In this document: positions 9,132-20,656 of the stretch, in pieces
Layout: each line of letters begins with the position of its first letter
How positions within the stretch are numbered: the stretch's first letter is position 1
Source of the DNA: an uncultured SAR86 cluster bacterium
GTDB taxonomy: Bacteria > Pseudomonadota > Gammaproteobacteria > Magnimaribacterales > D2472
Direction: 5' to 3'
Length of the DNA stretch: 64,000 nt
Assembly (NCBI GenBank): GCA_902557575.1
Contig: CACEAR010000001.1
Span: 331,074-395,073, forward strand
Notes under the pieces: model-generated
Seen by the model: only the letters and a program-made list of their open reading frames with translations
The model's database searches: none
Told to the model about the DNA's origin: nothing
Translations under genes and position numbers: made by a program

Positions 9132-11024
9132 TTGTCAAAAAAGGCTTACGATTCAAAAGCAATTGAGGTTTTGTCGGGTCTCGATCCCGTCAAAAAAAGA
9201 CCGGGTATGTATACCGATACCTCTTGTCCAAATCACCTTATTCAAGAAGTTCTGGATAACTCTGTAGATGAAGCTTTATCAGGTTTTTGTAAGCGCATTA
9301 AAGTAAATCTTTATAAGGATAATAGCGTTGAAGTCTCAGACAATGGACGAGGCATGCCTGTTGATGTCCATCCTGAGCATAAGCTAACAGGCGTTGAATT
9401 AATTATGTGTAAGCTTCATGCTGGAGCAAAGTTCTCTGGAGAAGATTATGGTTTTTCTGGAGGGCTTCATGGAGTGGGAGTTTCTGTAGTAAATGCTTTA
9501 TCCACCAAACTTAATGTAAAAATTAAACGTGATTCAAAAGAGTATGAAATAAATTTCTCTGCCGGAGACAAAGACAATGATTTGATATCAATTGGTGATG
9601 TTGGAACAACGAATTCAGGAACCACAATTAGATTTTATCCAGACAAGCAATACTTCGAAACATTAGAGATAAATAAAAAGAGCTTAAAACATTTACTAAA
9701 GGCTAAGGCAGTTCTTTGCCCAGGTCTTCAAATAGATTACTTTGATGAAAAAAAGAATGAGAGAATTAAATGGATTTTTGATGAGGGACTGAGCGACTAC
9801 CTCGATGAGTTTTCAGGTTGTAACGAGAAACTTCTTGATGAAACTATTATTCTTTCCAAAACTTCCGATGATCAAGCATTAGATGTAGCAGTGAATTGGA
9901 CTGAAGAGGCTTCAAATAATTTACTCAAAGAAACTTATGTAAACTTAATTCCCACTGCATTAGGCGGCTCTCATTTAAATGGGTTTAAGTCTGGTCTTCT
10001 TGAGGCAATAAAAGAATTCTGTGACTACAGAAATTTGATTCCAAAAGGGATAAAAATTAATTCTGATGACATTCTTGCTAACTGCATCTTTGTTATTTCT
10101 TCAAAGTTAAAGAATCCTCAGTTCGCTGGTCAAACTAAAGAGAGACTTGATTCCAAAGATCATATGAGCTTTGTTTCATCTTCAACAAAAGATTCCCTAA
10201 GTATTTGGCTTAACCAACATACCGAAGAGGGTGAAAAGATTGCAGATCTAGCAATTGCCGCTGCTCAAAAGAGGATTAAAAGCTCAACAAAAGTTGATAG
10301 AAAGAAAACATTTAAAGGTCCAGCTCTTCCTGGAAAGCTTTCTGACTGTAACTGCGACAATATTGAAGAGAGTGAACTATTTTTAGTTGAGGGAGACTCA
10401 GCAGGAGGATCTGCAAAGCAAGCTCGAGATAGAAGGTTTCAGGCAATAATGCCTTTAAGAGGAAAAATTCTTAATACCTGGGATTTAGAAAGTGCAGACA
10501 TAATAAAATCTCAAGAAATTAAAGATCTTGCGACTGCTATTGGGTCTTTGCCGGGAGATACAGATACTTCCAATCTAAGATATGGAAAGATTTGTATACT
10601 TGCAGATGCTGACTCAGATGGACTGCACATAGCAACTTTATTATGTGCATTATTCCTCAGACACTATAAGAATTTAGTAACCTCAGGAAAAATCTTTGTC
10701 TCCATGCCTCCGTTATATAGGATTGATGCTGCAAAAGAAGTTTTTTATGCCCTCGATGAGAATGAAAAAGAATCTATCGTTAAGAAAATTAAAAAACAGA
10801 ACTCGAAAATTAAGATAGATATTCAAAGATTTAAAGGGCTTGGAGAAATGAATCCATCTCAATTAAGAGAGACTGTTATGAAGCCTGAAACGAGAAGATT
10901 AGTTCAACTAACTTTAAGTAGTTCTGATAATGCAAACTCAGTATTTGATCTACTACTTTCTAAAAAGAGAGCTCCAGATAGAAAAGAATGGCTTGAAAAG
11001 AAAGGTAACTTAGCGGAGATTTAA
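9132..11024 (+). CDS. parE: DNA topoisomerase IV subunit B
   Basis: [61 protein letters not shown] start. Confidence 0.98.
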   Translation: MSKKAYDSKAIEVLSGLDPVKKRPGMYTDTSCPNHLIQEVLDNSVDEALSGFCKRIKVNLYKDNSVEVSDNGRGMPVDVHPEHKLTGVELIMCKLHAGAKFSGEDYGFSGGLHGVGVSVVNALSTKLNVKIKRDSKEYEINFSAGDKDNDLISIGDVGTTNSGTTIRFYPDKQYFETLEINKKSLKHLLKAKAVLCPGLQIDYFDEKKNERIKWIFDEGLSDYLDEFSGCNEKLLDETIILSKTSDDQALDVAVNWTEEASNNLLKETYVNLIPTALGGSHLNGFKSGLLEAIKEFCDYRNLIPKGIKINSDDILANCIFVISSKLKNPQFAGQTKERLDSKDHMSFVSSSTKDSLSIWLNQHTEEGEKIADLAIAAAQKRIKSSTKVDRKKTFKGPALPGKLSDCNCDNIEESELFLVEGDSAGGSAKQARDRRFQAIMPLRGKILNTWDLESADIIKSQEIKDLATAIGSLPGDTDTSNLRYGKICILADADSDGLHIATLLCALFLRHYKNLVTSGKIFVSMPPLYRIDAAKEVFYALDENEKESIVKKIKKQNSKIKIDIQRFKGLGEMNPSQLRETVMKPETRRLVQLTLSSSDNANSVFDLLLSKKRAPDRKEWLEKKGNLAEI

Positions 11025-13276
11025 TGACTAAAGAAAATTTGGATAAACAAAGTATTAAACAATATGCAGAAAATGCATATCTCAATTATTCGATGTATGT
11101 CATTTTGGATCGAGCTTTACCTAATATTGGAGACGGGCTGAAGCCAGTACAAAGAAGGATTTTATATGCAATGTCAGAACTTGGATTAAATGCATCATCA
11201 AAGTATAAGAAATCTGCTAGAACCGTTGGTGATGTAATAGGTAAATTCCATCCACATGGTGACAGTGCTGCTTATGAAGCGATGGTTTTAATGGCGCAAG
11301 ATTTTTCATTTAGATACCCATTTGTAGATGGTCAAGGGAATTGGGGATCACAAGATGATCCTAAATCTTTTGCGGCAATGAGATATACAGAGTCCAAACT
11401 AACAAAATTTTCAGACCTTCTAATAGATGAGTTAAAGCAAGGAACAGTGGATTGGCAGCCAAATTTTGATGGATCACTTCTTGAGCCAGTAATCTTTCCA
11501 GCAAAAGTTCCATCCATTTTGCTTAACGGAACTACAGGCATAGCAGTTGGAATGGCTACAGATATCCCCTCGCACAATATGACAGAGGTAATTGATGCAA
11601 CTATCCATGTTTTAGAAAATCCAAAGACTTCTATTGATCAAATTCTCAAATATATAAAGGGACCAGATTTTTCTAATAAGGCTCCAATTGTTGCATCTCC
11701 AGAAGAGTTAAATGAAATGTATAGCACTGGAAGAGGCGCTTTTAAAATGAAGAGTGCTTGGAAAAAAGAAGGCAATGACATCATTGTAACTGACCTTCCT
11801 CATCAAACGTCTGGCTCAAAAGTTTTAGAGCAAATTTCAAATCAAATGATGAATAAAAAACTCCCAATGATTGTTGACCTTAGAGATGAGGGCGATCATG
11901 AGGAGCCAACAAGATTAGTAATAAGCTTAAAATCGAATCGAGTTAATGCAGAGGACCTCATGAATCATCTATATGCATCAACTGACTTGCAGAAAAATTA
12001 CAGGGGTAACTTTAATTTAATTTCTCTAAAAGGGTCACCTAAGGTTTATTCAATAAAAGATCTTCTAAGCGACTGGATAGCATTTAGGAAAACAACAGTA
12101 ACCAGAAAGCTCGAACACAGGCTTGATCAAGTAGATGATAGATTGCATATATTAGAAGGCTTATTAATTGTCTATCTCGACCTAGATAAAGTTATTAAGA
12201 TCATTAGACAATCAGATGACCCCAAAAAAGAACTTACTAAGAAATTCAAAATATCTGATATACAGGCTAATGCAATATTAGAGATAAAACTTAGGCAGCT
12301 TGCAAAACTTGAACAAATTAAATTAGAAGAGGAAAGAGATGCACTTAAAAAAGAAAAAAAAGAACTTGAGAAGGTTCTTAATTCAAAGGCAAGATTGAAA
12401 ACCTTTATTAAAAACGAATTAAAAGAAATCAAGAAAAACTTTGGAGATGACAGAAATTCTCCCATTATTGAATCTTCAACTGCAAAGATGTTCTCTGAGG
12501 AAGATACCATTACATCTGATCCTGTAACAATTGTCCTTTCAAATGCAGGTTGGATTCGAAGTGCCAAAGGTCATGAAATAGATCCTTCAACTCTTTCCTA
12601 CAGAGGAGAGGATAAGTTAAAAGACTTTAGTCGAGGAAGAAATAATCAACCCTGCGTATTTATTGATGCTCTTGGCAAAGCTTATACATTGCCTGCTCAT
12701 ACACTCCCTTCTGCAAGAGGCCTAGGAGAGCCCTTAACAGGAAGAGTTACTTCTAGCTCAGGAGTTGAATTTATGAGTGTTGCCATTGGAAAAGGCGAGG
12801 ATAAGTTTCTTATTGCTAACACATCTGGATATGGATTCCTGGCAAACTTTGAAGATATGATCTCCAATAAGAAAACAGGTAAAGCCTTTATGAAGGTTCC
12901 TGACGGTGCTGAGATTCTTCCTTGTGAGAAAATTGTGCAAGACGATAAATATATAGCTGCAGTTACCAACTTTGGAAAGCTATTAATTTTTAATTTGGAT
13001 GAGCTGACGGTCCTAGCAAAAGGCAAAGGCACTAAAATAATAAATATTCCTAAAAAACAGTTTGTTGAAAAGAAGGAAAGATTAATTATTGTAAAACCGT
13101 TTAGCGAAGGATCTAAATTAAATATTCAAAGAGATAATGGAAACATTAGGGCGTTTTCTCAGAAAGAACTAGAAGGATTTAAACTTGAGCGAGCAAAAAG
13201 AGGACGATCTTTACCTCAAGGTTATAAAAGGGTTTTATCGATAACGGTTGAGAGACCTGAATCTACCTCCAATTAG
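11024..13276 (+). CDS. parC: DNA topoisomerase IV subunit A
   Basis: [19 protein letters not shown], catalytic AAMRYTE. Translationally coupled to parE. Confidence 0.98.
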   Translation: MTKENLDKQSIKQYAENAYLNYSMYVILDRALPNIGDGLKPVQRRILYAMSELGLNASSKYKKSARTVGDVIGKFHPHGDSAAYEAMVLMAQDFSFRYPFVDGQGNWGSQDDPKSFAAMRYTESKLTKFSDLLIDELKQGTVDWQPNFDGSLLEPVIFPAKVPSILLNGTTGIAVGMATDIPSHNMTEVIDATIHVLENPKTSIDQILKYIKGPDFSNKAPIVASPEELNEMYSTGRGAFKMKSAWKKEGNDIIVTDLPHQTSGSKVLEQISNQMMNKKLPMIVDLRDEGDHEEPTRLVISLKSNRVNAEDLMNHLYASTDLQKNYRGNFNLISLKGSPKVYSIKDLLSDWIAFRKTTVTRKLEHRLDQVDDRLHILEGLLIVYLDLDKVIKIIRQSDDPKKELTKKFKISDIQANAILEIKLRQLAKLEQIKLEEERDALKKEKKELEKVLNSKARLKTFIKNELKEIKKNFGDDRNSPIIESSTAKMFSEEDTITSDPVTIVLSNAGWIRSAKGHEIDPSTLSYRGEDKLKDFSRGRNNQPCVFIDALGKAYTLPAHTLPSARGLGEPLTGRVTSSSGVEFMSVAIGKGEDKFLIANTSGYGFLANFEDMISNKKTGKAFMKVPDGAEILPCEKIVQDDKYIAAVTNFGKLLIFNLDELTVLAKGKGTKIINIPKKQFVEKKERLIIVKPFSEGSKLNIQRDNGNIRAFSQKELEGFKLERAKRGRSLPQGYKRVLSITVERPESTSN

Positions 13277-14516
13277 GTAGTTTTTTCTTAACAAGAATTA
13301 ATTTTGGTTTTTCTAGCTTTGGAAGACCATTCTTATAATCTACCGGCCCTTCACCTTGAATCAAAGGACTAAAATAATCTATACCTTTCTTAGTTATTCC
13401 AAAGCCGTCTTTTGTAATAAAGCTTTTTGGTAGTTTTTTTTCTACATTTGCTATTTTAGAGAGTTTCGCAGGAACTATTTCCCAAGAATATTTCGAAGTC
13501 TTTTTTCTTTTTATTACTGGCATGACACCATTCATACCTTTAACTGCATATTTAACGGCATGTCTTCCAACCGCCTCAGCATGTTCTAAATCAACTTTTG
13601 AAGAAATATGCCTCGCACTTCTTTGAAGATAATCAGCCACTGCCCAATGATTTTTAAGTTTTAGTCTTTGAGAGATAAGATTTGCTAAAAAAGGGGCAAC
13701 TCCACCAAGTTGCGCATGGCCAAAAGCATCTTTTGTATCAGCTTCAGCAAGAAACTTATTTTTATTATTCTTTATTCCCTCTGAAGCTACAACAACACAG
13801 TAACCTAATTTGTTTACAGTCTCTTTTACTTTTTTTAAAAAAGCAGTTTGATTAAAAGTAATCTCCGGAAGAAGAATTATGTGAGGAGCATCAGAGTTAT
13901 CTTGTTTTGCAAGAGCTGAAGACCCAGCAATCCATCCAGCATGTCTTCCCATTACCTCTAGGATGAAGACTTTTGTAGAACTCTCCATCATTGATTGAAC
14001 ATCAAGACTTGCTTCTTGAGTCGATATTGCAACATATTTTGCAACTGACCCAAACCCTGGACATGTATCCGTAACAGCTAAATCATTATCAACTGTTTTA
14101 GGTATTGCAATACAGGTTAAATCATAGCCAAGACTTTTACTTATCTGAGATACTTTATATGCAGTATCTGCAGAATCATTCCCGCCGTTATAAAAAAAGT
14201 AACCAATATCATGAGCTTTAAAAACCTCTATAAGCCTTTTATATTCTTTTGCATTTTCATCTAAGCTTTTAAGTTTATATCTGCATGATCCAAATACACC
14301 ACCTGGCCTGTAATATAATGATTCAATAAGTTTTTTTGATTCTTTAGAGGTATCAATCAGGTTCTCGCGTAGTGCTCCAAGTATTCCATTTTGCCCTGCA
14401 TAAACTTTATTTATTTGATTTGGGAATTTCTTTGCTTCCTGAATAACTGCAGCAGCAGTTGCATTAATGACAGAAGTTACACCACCGGATTGAGCATAAA
14501 AAGCATTTTTTTTCAT
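13263..14516 (-). CDS. pfp: Phosphofructokinase, probably pyrophosphate-dependent
   Basis: AQSGG, NGGNDS and PKTVDND (Asp/Lys signature of PPi-PFKs), MGRHAGW. Confidence 0.88.
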   Translation of the reverse strand: MKKNAFYAQSGGVTSVINATAAAVIQEAKKFPNQINKVYAGQNGILGALRENLIDTSKESKKLIESLYYRPGGVFGSCRYKLKSLDENAKEYKRLIEVFKAHDIGYFFYNGGNDSADTAYKVSQISKSLGYDLTCIAIPKTVDNDLAVTDTCPGFGSVAKYVAISTQEASLDVQSMMESSTKVFILEVMGRHAGWIAGSSALAKQDNSDAPHIILLPEITFNQTAFLKKVKETVNKLGYCVVVASEGIKNNKNKFLAEADTKDAFGHAQLGGVAPFLANLISQRLKLKNHWAVADYLQRSARHISSKVDLEHAEAVGRHAVKYAVKGMNGVMPVIKRKKTSKYSWEIVPAKLSKIANVEKKLPKSFITKDGFGITKKGIDYFSPLIQGEGPVDYKNGLPKLEKPKLILVKKKLPNWR

Positions 14517-14573
14517 AGCTTAAGTAAAGATTTAACTATGCTAGCAAAAATGTTCTAATTATTAAAAGTATTT

Positions 14574-15884
14574 ATGAAAATTCATATCCTAGGAATCTGC
14601 GGAACATTTATGGGAGGATTGGCTCGAATTTTAATTGAGTCCGGTCATAAGGTTACTGGATCAGATAACAATTTTTATCCTCCAATGTCAGATCAACTAA
14701 GAGAGTTAGATGTTGAATTAACAAAAGGATTTGAGCCGTCCTCAATGCCTGAAGCTGATCTATACGTAATTGGGAATGCACTTTCTAGGGGAAATAAATG
14801 CGTGGAAGAAATTTTAAACAAGAACCTCCCTTATAAATCTGGACCCGAGATGCTTGGTGACATTATCAAAGATAGATTTGTGATAGCTGTCTCTGGGACT
14901 CACGGAAAAACGACAACATCCTTCATGATTGCAAAGATATTTCAGTCTTTGGGTAAAGATATAGGTTATCTCATAGGAGGTATATCACCTGATTTCTCAT
15001 TCTCTGCAAAAATAGGAAGTGATGAAATCTTCATAATTGAGGCAGATGAATATGATTCTGCATTTTTTGACAAGAGATCAAAATTTATACATTACTCTCC
15101 AAATATTCTTTTGATAAATAATATTGAGTTTGATCACGCAGATATATTTAAAGATTTAGATGAGATAAAAAAACAATTCCATCACTTATTAAAAATTATA
15201 CCGAGCAGCGGAAAAATAATTCTATTTAATCATGATAAAAATGCATTAGACGTTATAAATGAGGGATGCTGGGCAGATATTATTGAAATTAATGGAAATG
15301 CCAGCAGGGCTAGCTTTGATTCATCTTCTTCAATGATTAAATTTGATGGAAAGTCAGTCTGTATAAACGATTTACCTTTTTATGGTTCTCATAACAATCT
15401 GAATGCAGCTGCAGCAATGATTTCTGCTGCATCTTATGGAATAGATCTTAATGATGCTTATGACGGGCTAAAAGATTTTAGTGGCGTACTTCGAAGACTC
15501 GAAGAGAAGGGGACTTTTAATGGAATAACAATACTAGACGACTTTGCGCATCATCCAACAGCAATAAAATCTACTATTCAAGCAGTTCAAGAAAAATATA
15601 ACGGAAAAAATATACTAAATATTATAGAGCTTGGGTCTAACACAATGTCGGGAGGTTTTCATGGAGAAGAACTGTTTTCTATTGATAGTTTAGATAGTGA
15701 TATCCTATGGCTGGATCATAAATCAATTCTTAAAAATAATAAGGGGAATATTTATAACTCCCATGATGATTTGATTGAATCGGTCTCAAAAAAATGTTCA
15801 CATTTTGATATCATTTTAATAATGACCAATAAAAATAGTAGAAATATCTATGAACCTTTAAGAGACATCATTGAAGCCAATTAA
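14574..15884 (+). CDS. mpl: UDP-MurNAc:L-Ala-gamma-D-Glu-mDAP ligase (murein peptide ligase)
   Basis: HILGICGTFMGG, GTHGKTTT, EADEYDSAFFDKRSKF, DDFAHHPT. Confidence 0.95.
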   Translation: MKIHILGICGTFMGGLARILIESGHKVTGSDNNFYPPMSDQLRELDVELTKGFEPSSMPEADLYVIGNALSRGNKCVEEILNKNLPYKSGPEMLGDIIKDRFVIAVSGTHGKTTTSFMIAKIFQSLGKDIGYLIGGISPDFSFSAKIGSDEIFIIEADEYDSAFFDKRSKFIHYSPNILLINNIEFDHADIFKDLDEIKKQFHHLLKIIPSSGKIILFNHDKNALDVINEGCWADIIEINGNASRASFDSSSSMIKFDGKSVCINDLPFYGSHNNLNAAAAMISAASYGIDLNDAYDGLKDFSGVLRRLEEKGTFNGITILDDFAHHPTAIKSTIQAVQEKYNGKNILNIIELGSNTMSGGFHGEELFSIDSLDSDILWLDHKSILKNNKGNIYNSHDDLIESVSKKCSHFDIILIMTNKNSRNIYEPLRDIIEAN

Positions 15885-16461
15885 CTTACCAATCTTTCCT
15901 TTAAAATTAGTTGTTCTCCCAGGAACAATCCAGGGTTTGCAAATCTTTGAACCTCGCTATCTAAATATGGTAAAGCAGTGCATGTCTAGTGCTTCAAATT
16001 TTGTTATTTCCTACAAATCAGACAGATTTGATGATTTTGATTTTGGTATTGAGAAAGTCGGAACATCGGTACAGATCGTAGACTTTAATAATTTACCGAA
16101 TGGATTATTAGGAATAACAGTTAAGGCTGAATCAAAAGTTTCTTTAAATAATATAATTCAGCTCGAAGATAAGTCCTATTTAGGTGAGGTTCTTCCATTG
16201 ACTGAGCCTGAAGTTGACGACCAATCTCTCTTAGCAAAGTATCCAGATCTTATTGAGGTTTTAGTTAAACTTAAAGAACACCCAGAAATTAAAACACTGA
16301 AACTTGACATTGATTTAGACTCTGCCGACTCTGTTTCATATCACCTGGGGAATTTAATTCCGCTAACGGCGGATGAAAAGCAAACGCTGCTAACAGCATT
16401 TGATGCTGATCAAAGATTTAAAATACTATCAAAGATTCTTGAATCAATAAGAAAGACCTAA
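15871..16461 (+). CDS. LON peptidase substrate-binding domain protein (stand-alone)
   Basis: LPIFPL..VVLPG, LQIFEPRYLNMV. No ATPase or protease domain. Confidence 0.88.
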   Translation: MKPINLPIFPLKLVVLPGTIQGLQIFEPRYLNMVKQCMSSASNFVISYKSDRFDDFDFGIEKVGTSVQIVDFNNLPNGLLGITVKAESKVSLNNIIQLEDKSYLGEVLPLTEPEVDDQSLLAKYPDLIEVLVKLKEHPEIKTLKLDIDLDSADSVSYHLGNLIPLTADEKQTLLTAFDADQRFKILSKILESIRKT

Positions 16462-17466
16462 TTAGATCTTTAGCATTTGTTTTCCTTGATTTTGTCCTGT
16501 GAATAATCTATTCAATGTTTCTGGACAGTTCTCAATTCCTTTCTGGATATCCTCTCGATGTTTGATTTTTCCTTCCATTGCCCATTTAGAAATATCATCA
16601 ATTGCTTCACTAGCTCGGCCATAGTAATCCAGAACCAAAAATCCCTGCATTTTAGCTCTTCTTACTATCAACATAGTGAGATTTCTTGGCCCTACAGGCA
16701 TTTGGTCTCCTGTATAGTTTGAAATACTTCCACAGCAGATAATTCTTGCATTAATATTAATTAAAAACAGTACAGACTCTAAAATAGGTCCGCCAACATT
16801 ATCAAAGTAAATATCTATTCCATCTTTAGCTAGCTTAGTTAACTCTTCAGCAACGTTAGAATTTTTATAATCTATTACATCATCAACTCCGCAGTCTTTT
16901 AGCCAAGAACATTTTTCGTCTCCACCAGCAATTCCAATTACATGACATCCCTTGATTTTTGCAATCTGACATACCATCGCTCCTGTAGCTCCGGCTGCTC
17001 CGGAGACAACAACAGTCTCACCTGGCTGAGGATTGCCAATATCTAGTAAGCCAAAATAAGCAGTTATTCCAGTAGTTCCAAAAATATTCAACATAGAAGG
17101 TATTGGAAGAACATCGGGAACTTTACGCATTGTTTTTAAGTCGTTTTCTGAAGGAATGTGATGGGTCTGCCATCCAACCATGCCGCTTACTAAATCGCCT
17201 TCGGAAAAATTCTCATTTTTTGATTCAACAATCTTCCCAATTCCACCTGATCTTACAACTTCATCAATTTGAACTGGAGGAAGATATCCAGGTAAATCTG
17301 TTAACCACATTCTTTGTGTTGGATCAAAAGATAAGTATTGATTTTCTATTAGGACTTCGCCATCCTGAATATCTCTTAGTTCTTCTTTTATAAGCTCAAA
17401 ATTCTCATTTTTAACAAGACCTTGAGGCCTTTCTTTTAAAACCCATTTTGTATTTGTTACTGACAT
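16462..17466 (-). CDS. NADP-dependent oxidoreductase (prostaglandin reductase/CurA-like, MDR family)
   Basis: SFDPTQR, TAYFGL, VSGAAGATG, YFDNVGG. Strong GGAGGAG Shine-Dalgarno upstream. Confidence 0.92.
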   Translation of the reverse strand: MSVTNTKWVLKERPQGLVKNENFELIKEELRDIQDGEVLIENQYLSFDPTQRMWLTDLPGYLPPVQIDEVVRSGGIGKIVESKNENFSEGDLVSGMVGWQTHHIPSENDLKTMRKVPDVLPIPSMLNIFGTTGITAYFGLLDIGNPQPGETVVVSGAAGATGAMVCQIAKIKGCHVIGIAGGDEKCSWLKDCGVDDVIDYKNSNVAEELTKLAKDGIDIYFDNVGGPILESVLFLININARIICCGSISNYTGDQMPVGPRNLTMLIVRRAKMQGFLVLDYYGRASEAIDDISKWAMEGKIKHREDIQKGIENCPETLNRLFTGQNQGKQMLKI

Positions 17467-17543
17467 CTTTACTCCTCCACCGATAAAGTTTTTATAAATT
17501 AATAAGTCGAATAATACACCTTGAGATAGCTCTAATAAAAGAA

Positions 17544-17957
17544 TTATTTAAAGATTAATGGCGGTATATTTGATTTGGTTCTGTACCAATTTATTGTTTT
17601 TAAAACCAGGTTTGTTTTAATAATTCTTTTTTCCAACTTAAATTTTCCTGGATAGTCACTTAACATAAGCCCAACCAAAATCGTCAGCAATCCTTGGCCA
17701 GGAAGCACAAGCATTAAAATACCACCCATAATCAAGCAATAACCAATGATATTCTTTAATACTAATGTAATTATCCAAAAAATAGGATTCTTATTCTTGT
17801 ATTCAGATATACCTCTCTTATCATCTAAAAAATAGTCATGTGGTATTTTTTTTATAAAGTAGCCGATTGAAAGAGCGCTTATTACTAAAATTACAACTGA
17901 GCTGATTCCAAGAAGGAAGAATATATCAACAAGATTTTCCGACAAATATTTTTGCAT
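17544..17957 (-). CDS. Membrane protein, PGPGW-like family
   Basis: Hydrophobic helices and a GILMLVLPGQGLLTILVGL motif. Confidence 0.7.
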   Translation of the reverse strand: MQKYLSENLVDIFFLLGISSVVILVISALSIGYFIKKIPHDYFLDDKRGISEYKNKNPIFWIITLVLKNIIGYCLIMGGILMLVLPGQGLLTILVGLMLSDYPGKFKLEKRIIKTNLVLKTINWYRTKSNIPPLIFK

Positions 17958-18018
17958 AATTAATTAATAATAATATCTTTTTTTATCATATACTTAATGA
18001 ATTAAAAGCAAAAACAAC

Positions 18019-18366
18019 TTGGCAAAAACTTCATTAAAAAAACTCTGCATAAACTCCCTTGAGGAATTAAAAGCTAAAGACATTGTATGCATCGATTTGA
18101 AGAAGATTTCTTCCTTTGCAGATGAAATGATTATTGCATCAGCCACTTCATCAAGGCATGCAAAAGCACTATCAGATAGAGTTGTTGAAGATCTTAAAAG
18201 TAATAATATTTTAGTTCTAGGAGTTGAGGGACAGGATACTTCAGACTGGATCTTAATTGATTGCGAAGACCTAGTAATAAATATAATGAATAATGAGACT
18301 CGCGTTTACTATGATTTAGAAACACTATGGGGGTATGAGGACGCCACTTTAAATTCTAATTTATGA
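18019..18366 (+). CDS. rsfS: Ribosome silencing factor
   Basis: LEELKAKDI, IIASATSSRH, WILID, YYDLETLW. Upstream of rlmH. Confidence 0.95.
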   Translation: MAKTSLKKLCINSLEELKAKDIVCIDLKKISSFADEMIIASATSSRHAKALSDRVVEDLKSNNILVLGVEGQDTSDWILIDCEDLVINIMNNETRVYYDLETLWGYEDATLNSNL

Positions 18367-18827
18367 AATTAGAAGTTATATCAATATCTAATAAGCTAAC
18401 CAAATGGGAGGACGAGACTTTAAAATTTTATTTAAAACAGATTTCGTCATTCGCCAACATAACTATTCAAAATGTTAAACCTGCTCAAGGAAGAAACTTA
18501 AGCATAAAAGAAGTTCAAATTAATGAAGAAAAAGATATCTTAAAAAGAATTAAGCCAAATTCATTAATAATTTCCTTTGATAGAAAAGGCAAACAGCTAG
18601 ATAGTTTGCAATTTGCGGACCTTACTCAAAAATTCTTAATCTCAGGAAAAAGCTGTAGCCTTATTATTGGAGGATCTTATGGGTTGAGTGAGTCATTTCT
18701 TGCAAAATCAGATCATGTTATTTCGTTTTCTGCATTAACTTTTCCTCATAAATTATTTAAGATTTTACTTATTGAGCAGCTCTATAGGTCTATAACAATT
18801 ATACAAAACAAGTCTTACCACAAATGA
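18363..18827 (+). CDS. rlmH: 23S rRNA m3Psi1915 methyltransferase
   Basis: IIGGSYG, LTFPH, EQLYRS, terminal YHK. Confidence 0.95.
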   Translation: MKLEVISISNKLTKWEDETLKFYLKQISSFANITIQNVKPAQGRNLSIKEVQINEEKDILKRIKPNSLIISFDRKGKQLDSLQFADLTQKFLISGKSCSLIIGGSYGLSESFLAKSDHVISFSALTFPHKLFKILLIEQLYRSITIIQNKSYHK

Positions 18828-20656
18828 CAGAAATAAATGAAACCTACAAAGAAAAAATAAGCTTTAATAAAAGACTTATTTTTCTCTATGTCACTTTTGG
18901 CATTCTGGGAGTAGTTTTTTATTATCAGATATTTAATTTACAAATCTCAAACTATTCTGAATACGAAATTGCGGCTGAAAACAATAAAAATGAGGAGATA
19001 TCAGTTCAGCCCTTAAGAGGAATTATTTTTGACAGAAACGGGGAAATATTAGTAAATAACATCCCAACTTTTGATTTGATTACTAAACCTTTTTTTATTG
19101 ATGATCCAGATGATTTTCTATTAAAACTCTCTTCTTTTTTAGAAATAGATGAAGAGGATAAGAAAGTATTTTTATCACAATTTAAAAAAGCAAAGACATT
19201 AAATAAAGAATTAACCTTGAAGCAATCTATTTCCGACGAAGACAAGGCAAAATTTCTGGTTAGGAGCCATATGTTTGAAAATGCCTATGTTGGGGAAAGG
19301 TATTTACGTAATTATTTATATCCTGAGATCTTCTCGCACTCAATTGGTTATGTTGGAAGACCAAATGACGATGAGCTCGATGAGATTTATGAAAAAAGAA
19401 GTTTAAATAAGAAAATTAACTTCACTTATACAAATCAATTAATTATTGGGAAAACAGGCTTGGAATTCACTTATGAGGATATTTTAACGGGAGAATTTGG
19501 TAATAACCTTAGAGAGGTTGATGCAAGAGGAAGAACATTGGACGAGAAGATTTCTTCAGAGCCAAAAGTAGGCAATAATTTGTACACAAGCCTTGATTTA
19601 AAGTCTCACCAAGCAGCGCATAAAGCTTTTAATAATAGAAAAGGAGCAGTAGTAGCAATAGATATTAAAGATGGCTCAATAGTTACACTCTTCAGTTCAC
19701 CAACCTTTCCAACAAATCAATTAGCAAATGGCATCTTACAAAAAGATTTTGATGAGCTTTTATTAAGTGAGGAAAAACCATTTTTTAACAGAGCGCTCAA
19801 AGGGAGATATCCACCTGCCTCATCAATAAAACCCGCTATTGCAATGTACGGTATCGAAGAGGGATTGATTGATTGGGATTTCTCAATCTTTGATGAAGGA
19901 TTTTTTACATTACCAGAGGATGGAAGGATTTATAGAGATTGGAAAGAAGGAGGGCATGGCGACACAAATTTATTCAAAGCCATAACCCAAAGCTCGAATA
20001 CCTATTTTTTTGATTTGGCATATAGATCTGATATCAATCAACTCAATAAACACCTATCTTCTTTGGGTTTTGGTGGCAAAGCATGCATTGATTGTTTTGA
20101 AGAAGATAAAGTTTTTGTCCCTGAGCCGTCATGGAAAATGAATAAGCATAATTTTGGTTGGTTTAAAGGCGATACTGTAAATATGGGAGTTGGGCAAGGT
20201 TATTTAGTTTCAACTCCAATTCAATTAGCCAAATATGCATACATAATGGCTAACAAAGGAAAATTTTCTGATTTGTCTCTTAAAAAAGATTTAGTTAAAA
20301 GTGAAAAAAGCATTGAATTCAATAAATTCTCAAATGATGACTGGTTCAAACTTCATGAGTCTATGGTTAATGTAATAGAGGGGAACACTGGAACAGCAAG
20401 AAGATTGAGAGAAAGAAAGAACTATATTGTCGCAGCCAAAACGGGGACTGCTGAATTAGTATCTGGAGATAACAGAGAACAATATTCTGAGACAAGACTT
20501 GATGATAGTTTAAGAGATCATGCACTTATTATTGCTTTTGGACCAATGCCAAATCCTAGATATGCTGTTAGTGTTGTTGTTGAAAATGGAGAAAGCGGCG
20601 GATCTGTTGCTGGGCCAGTTGCAATTTCAGTATTAAATTCTTTGATTCAAGAATGA
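18824..20656 (+). CDS. mrdA: Penicillin-binding protein 2
   Basis: TM anchor, RGIIFDRNG, SxxK (PASSIKP), SxN (QSSNTYF), KTG. Confidence 0.96.
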   Translation: MTEINETYKEKISFNKRLIFLYVTFGILGVVFYYQIFNLQISNYSEYEIAAENNKNEEISVQPLRGIIFDRNGEILVNNIPTFDLITKPFFIDDPDDFLLKLSSFLEIDEEDKKVFLSQFKKAKTLNKELTLKQSISDEDKAKFLVRSHMFENAYVGERYLRNYLYPEIFSHSIGYVGRPNDDELDEIYEKRSLNKKINFTYTNQLIIGKTGLEFTYEDILTGEFGNNLREVDARGRTLDEKISSEPKVGNNLYTSLDLKSHQAAHKAFNNRKGAVVAIDIKDGSIVTLFSSPTFPTNQLANGILQKDFDELLLSEEKPFFNRALKGRYPPASSIKPAIAMYGIEEGLIDWDFSIFDEGFFTLPEDGRIYRDWKEGGHGDTNLFKAITQSSNTYFFDLAYRSDINQLNKHLSSLGFGGKACIDCFEEDKVFVPEPSWKMNKHNFGWFKGDTVNMGVGQGYLVSTPIQLAKYAYIMANKGKFSDLSLKKDLVKSEKSIEFNKFSNDDWFKLHESMVNVIEGNTGTARRLRERKNYIVAAKTGTAELVSGDNREQYSETRLDDSLRDHALIIAFGPMPNPRYAVSVVVENGESGGSVAGPVAISVLNSLIQE

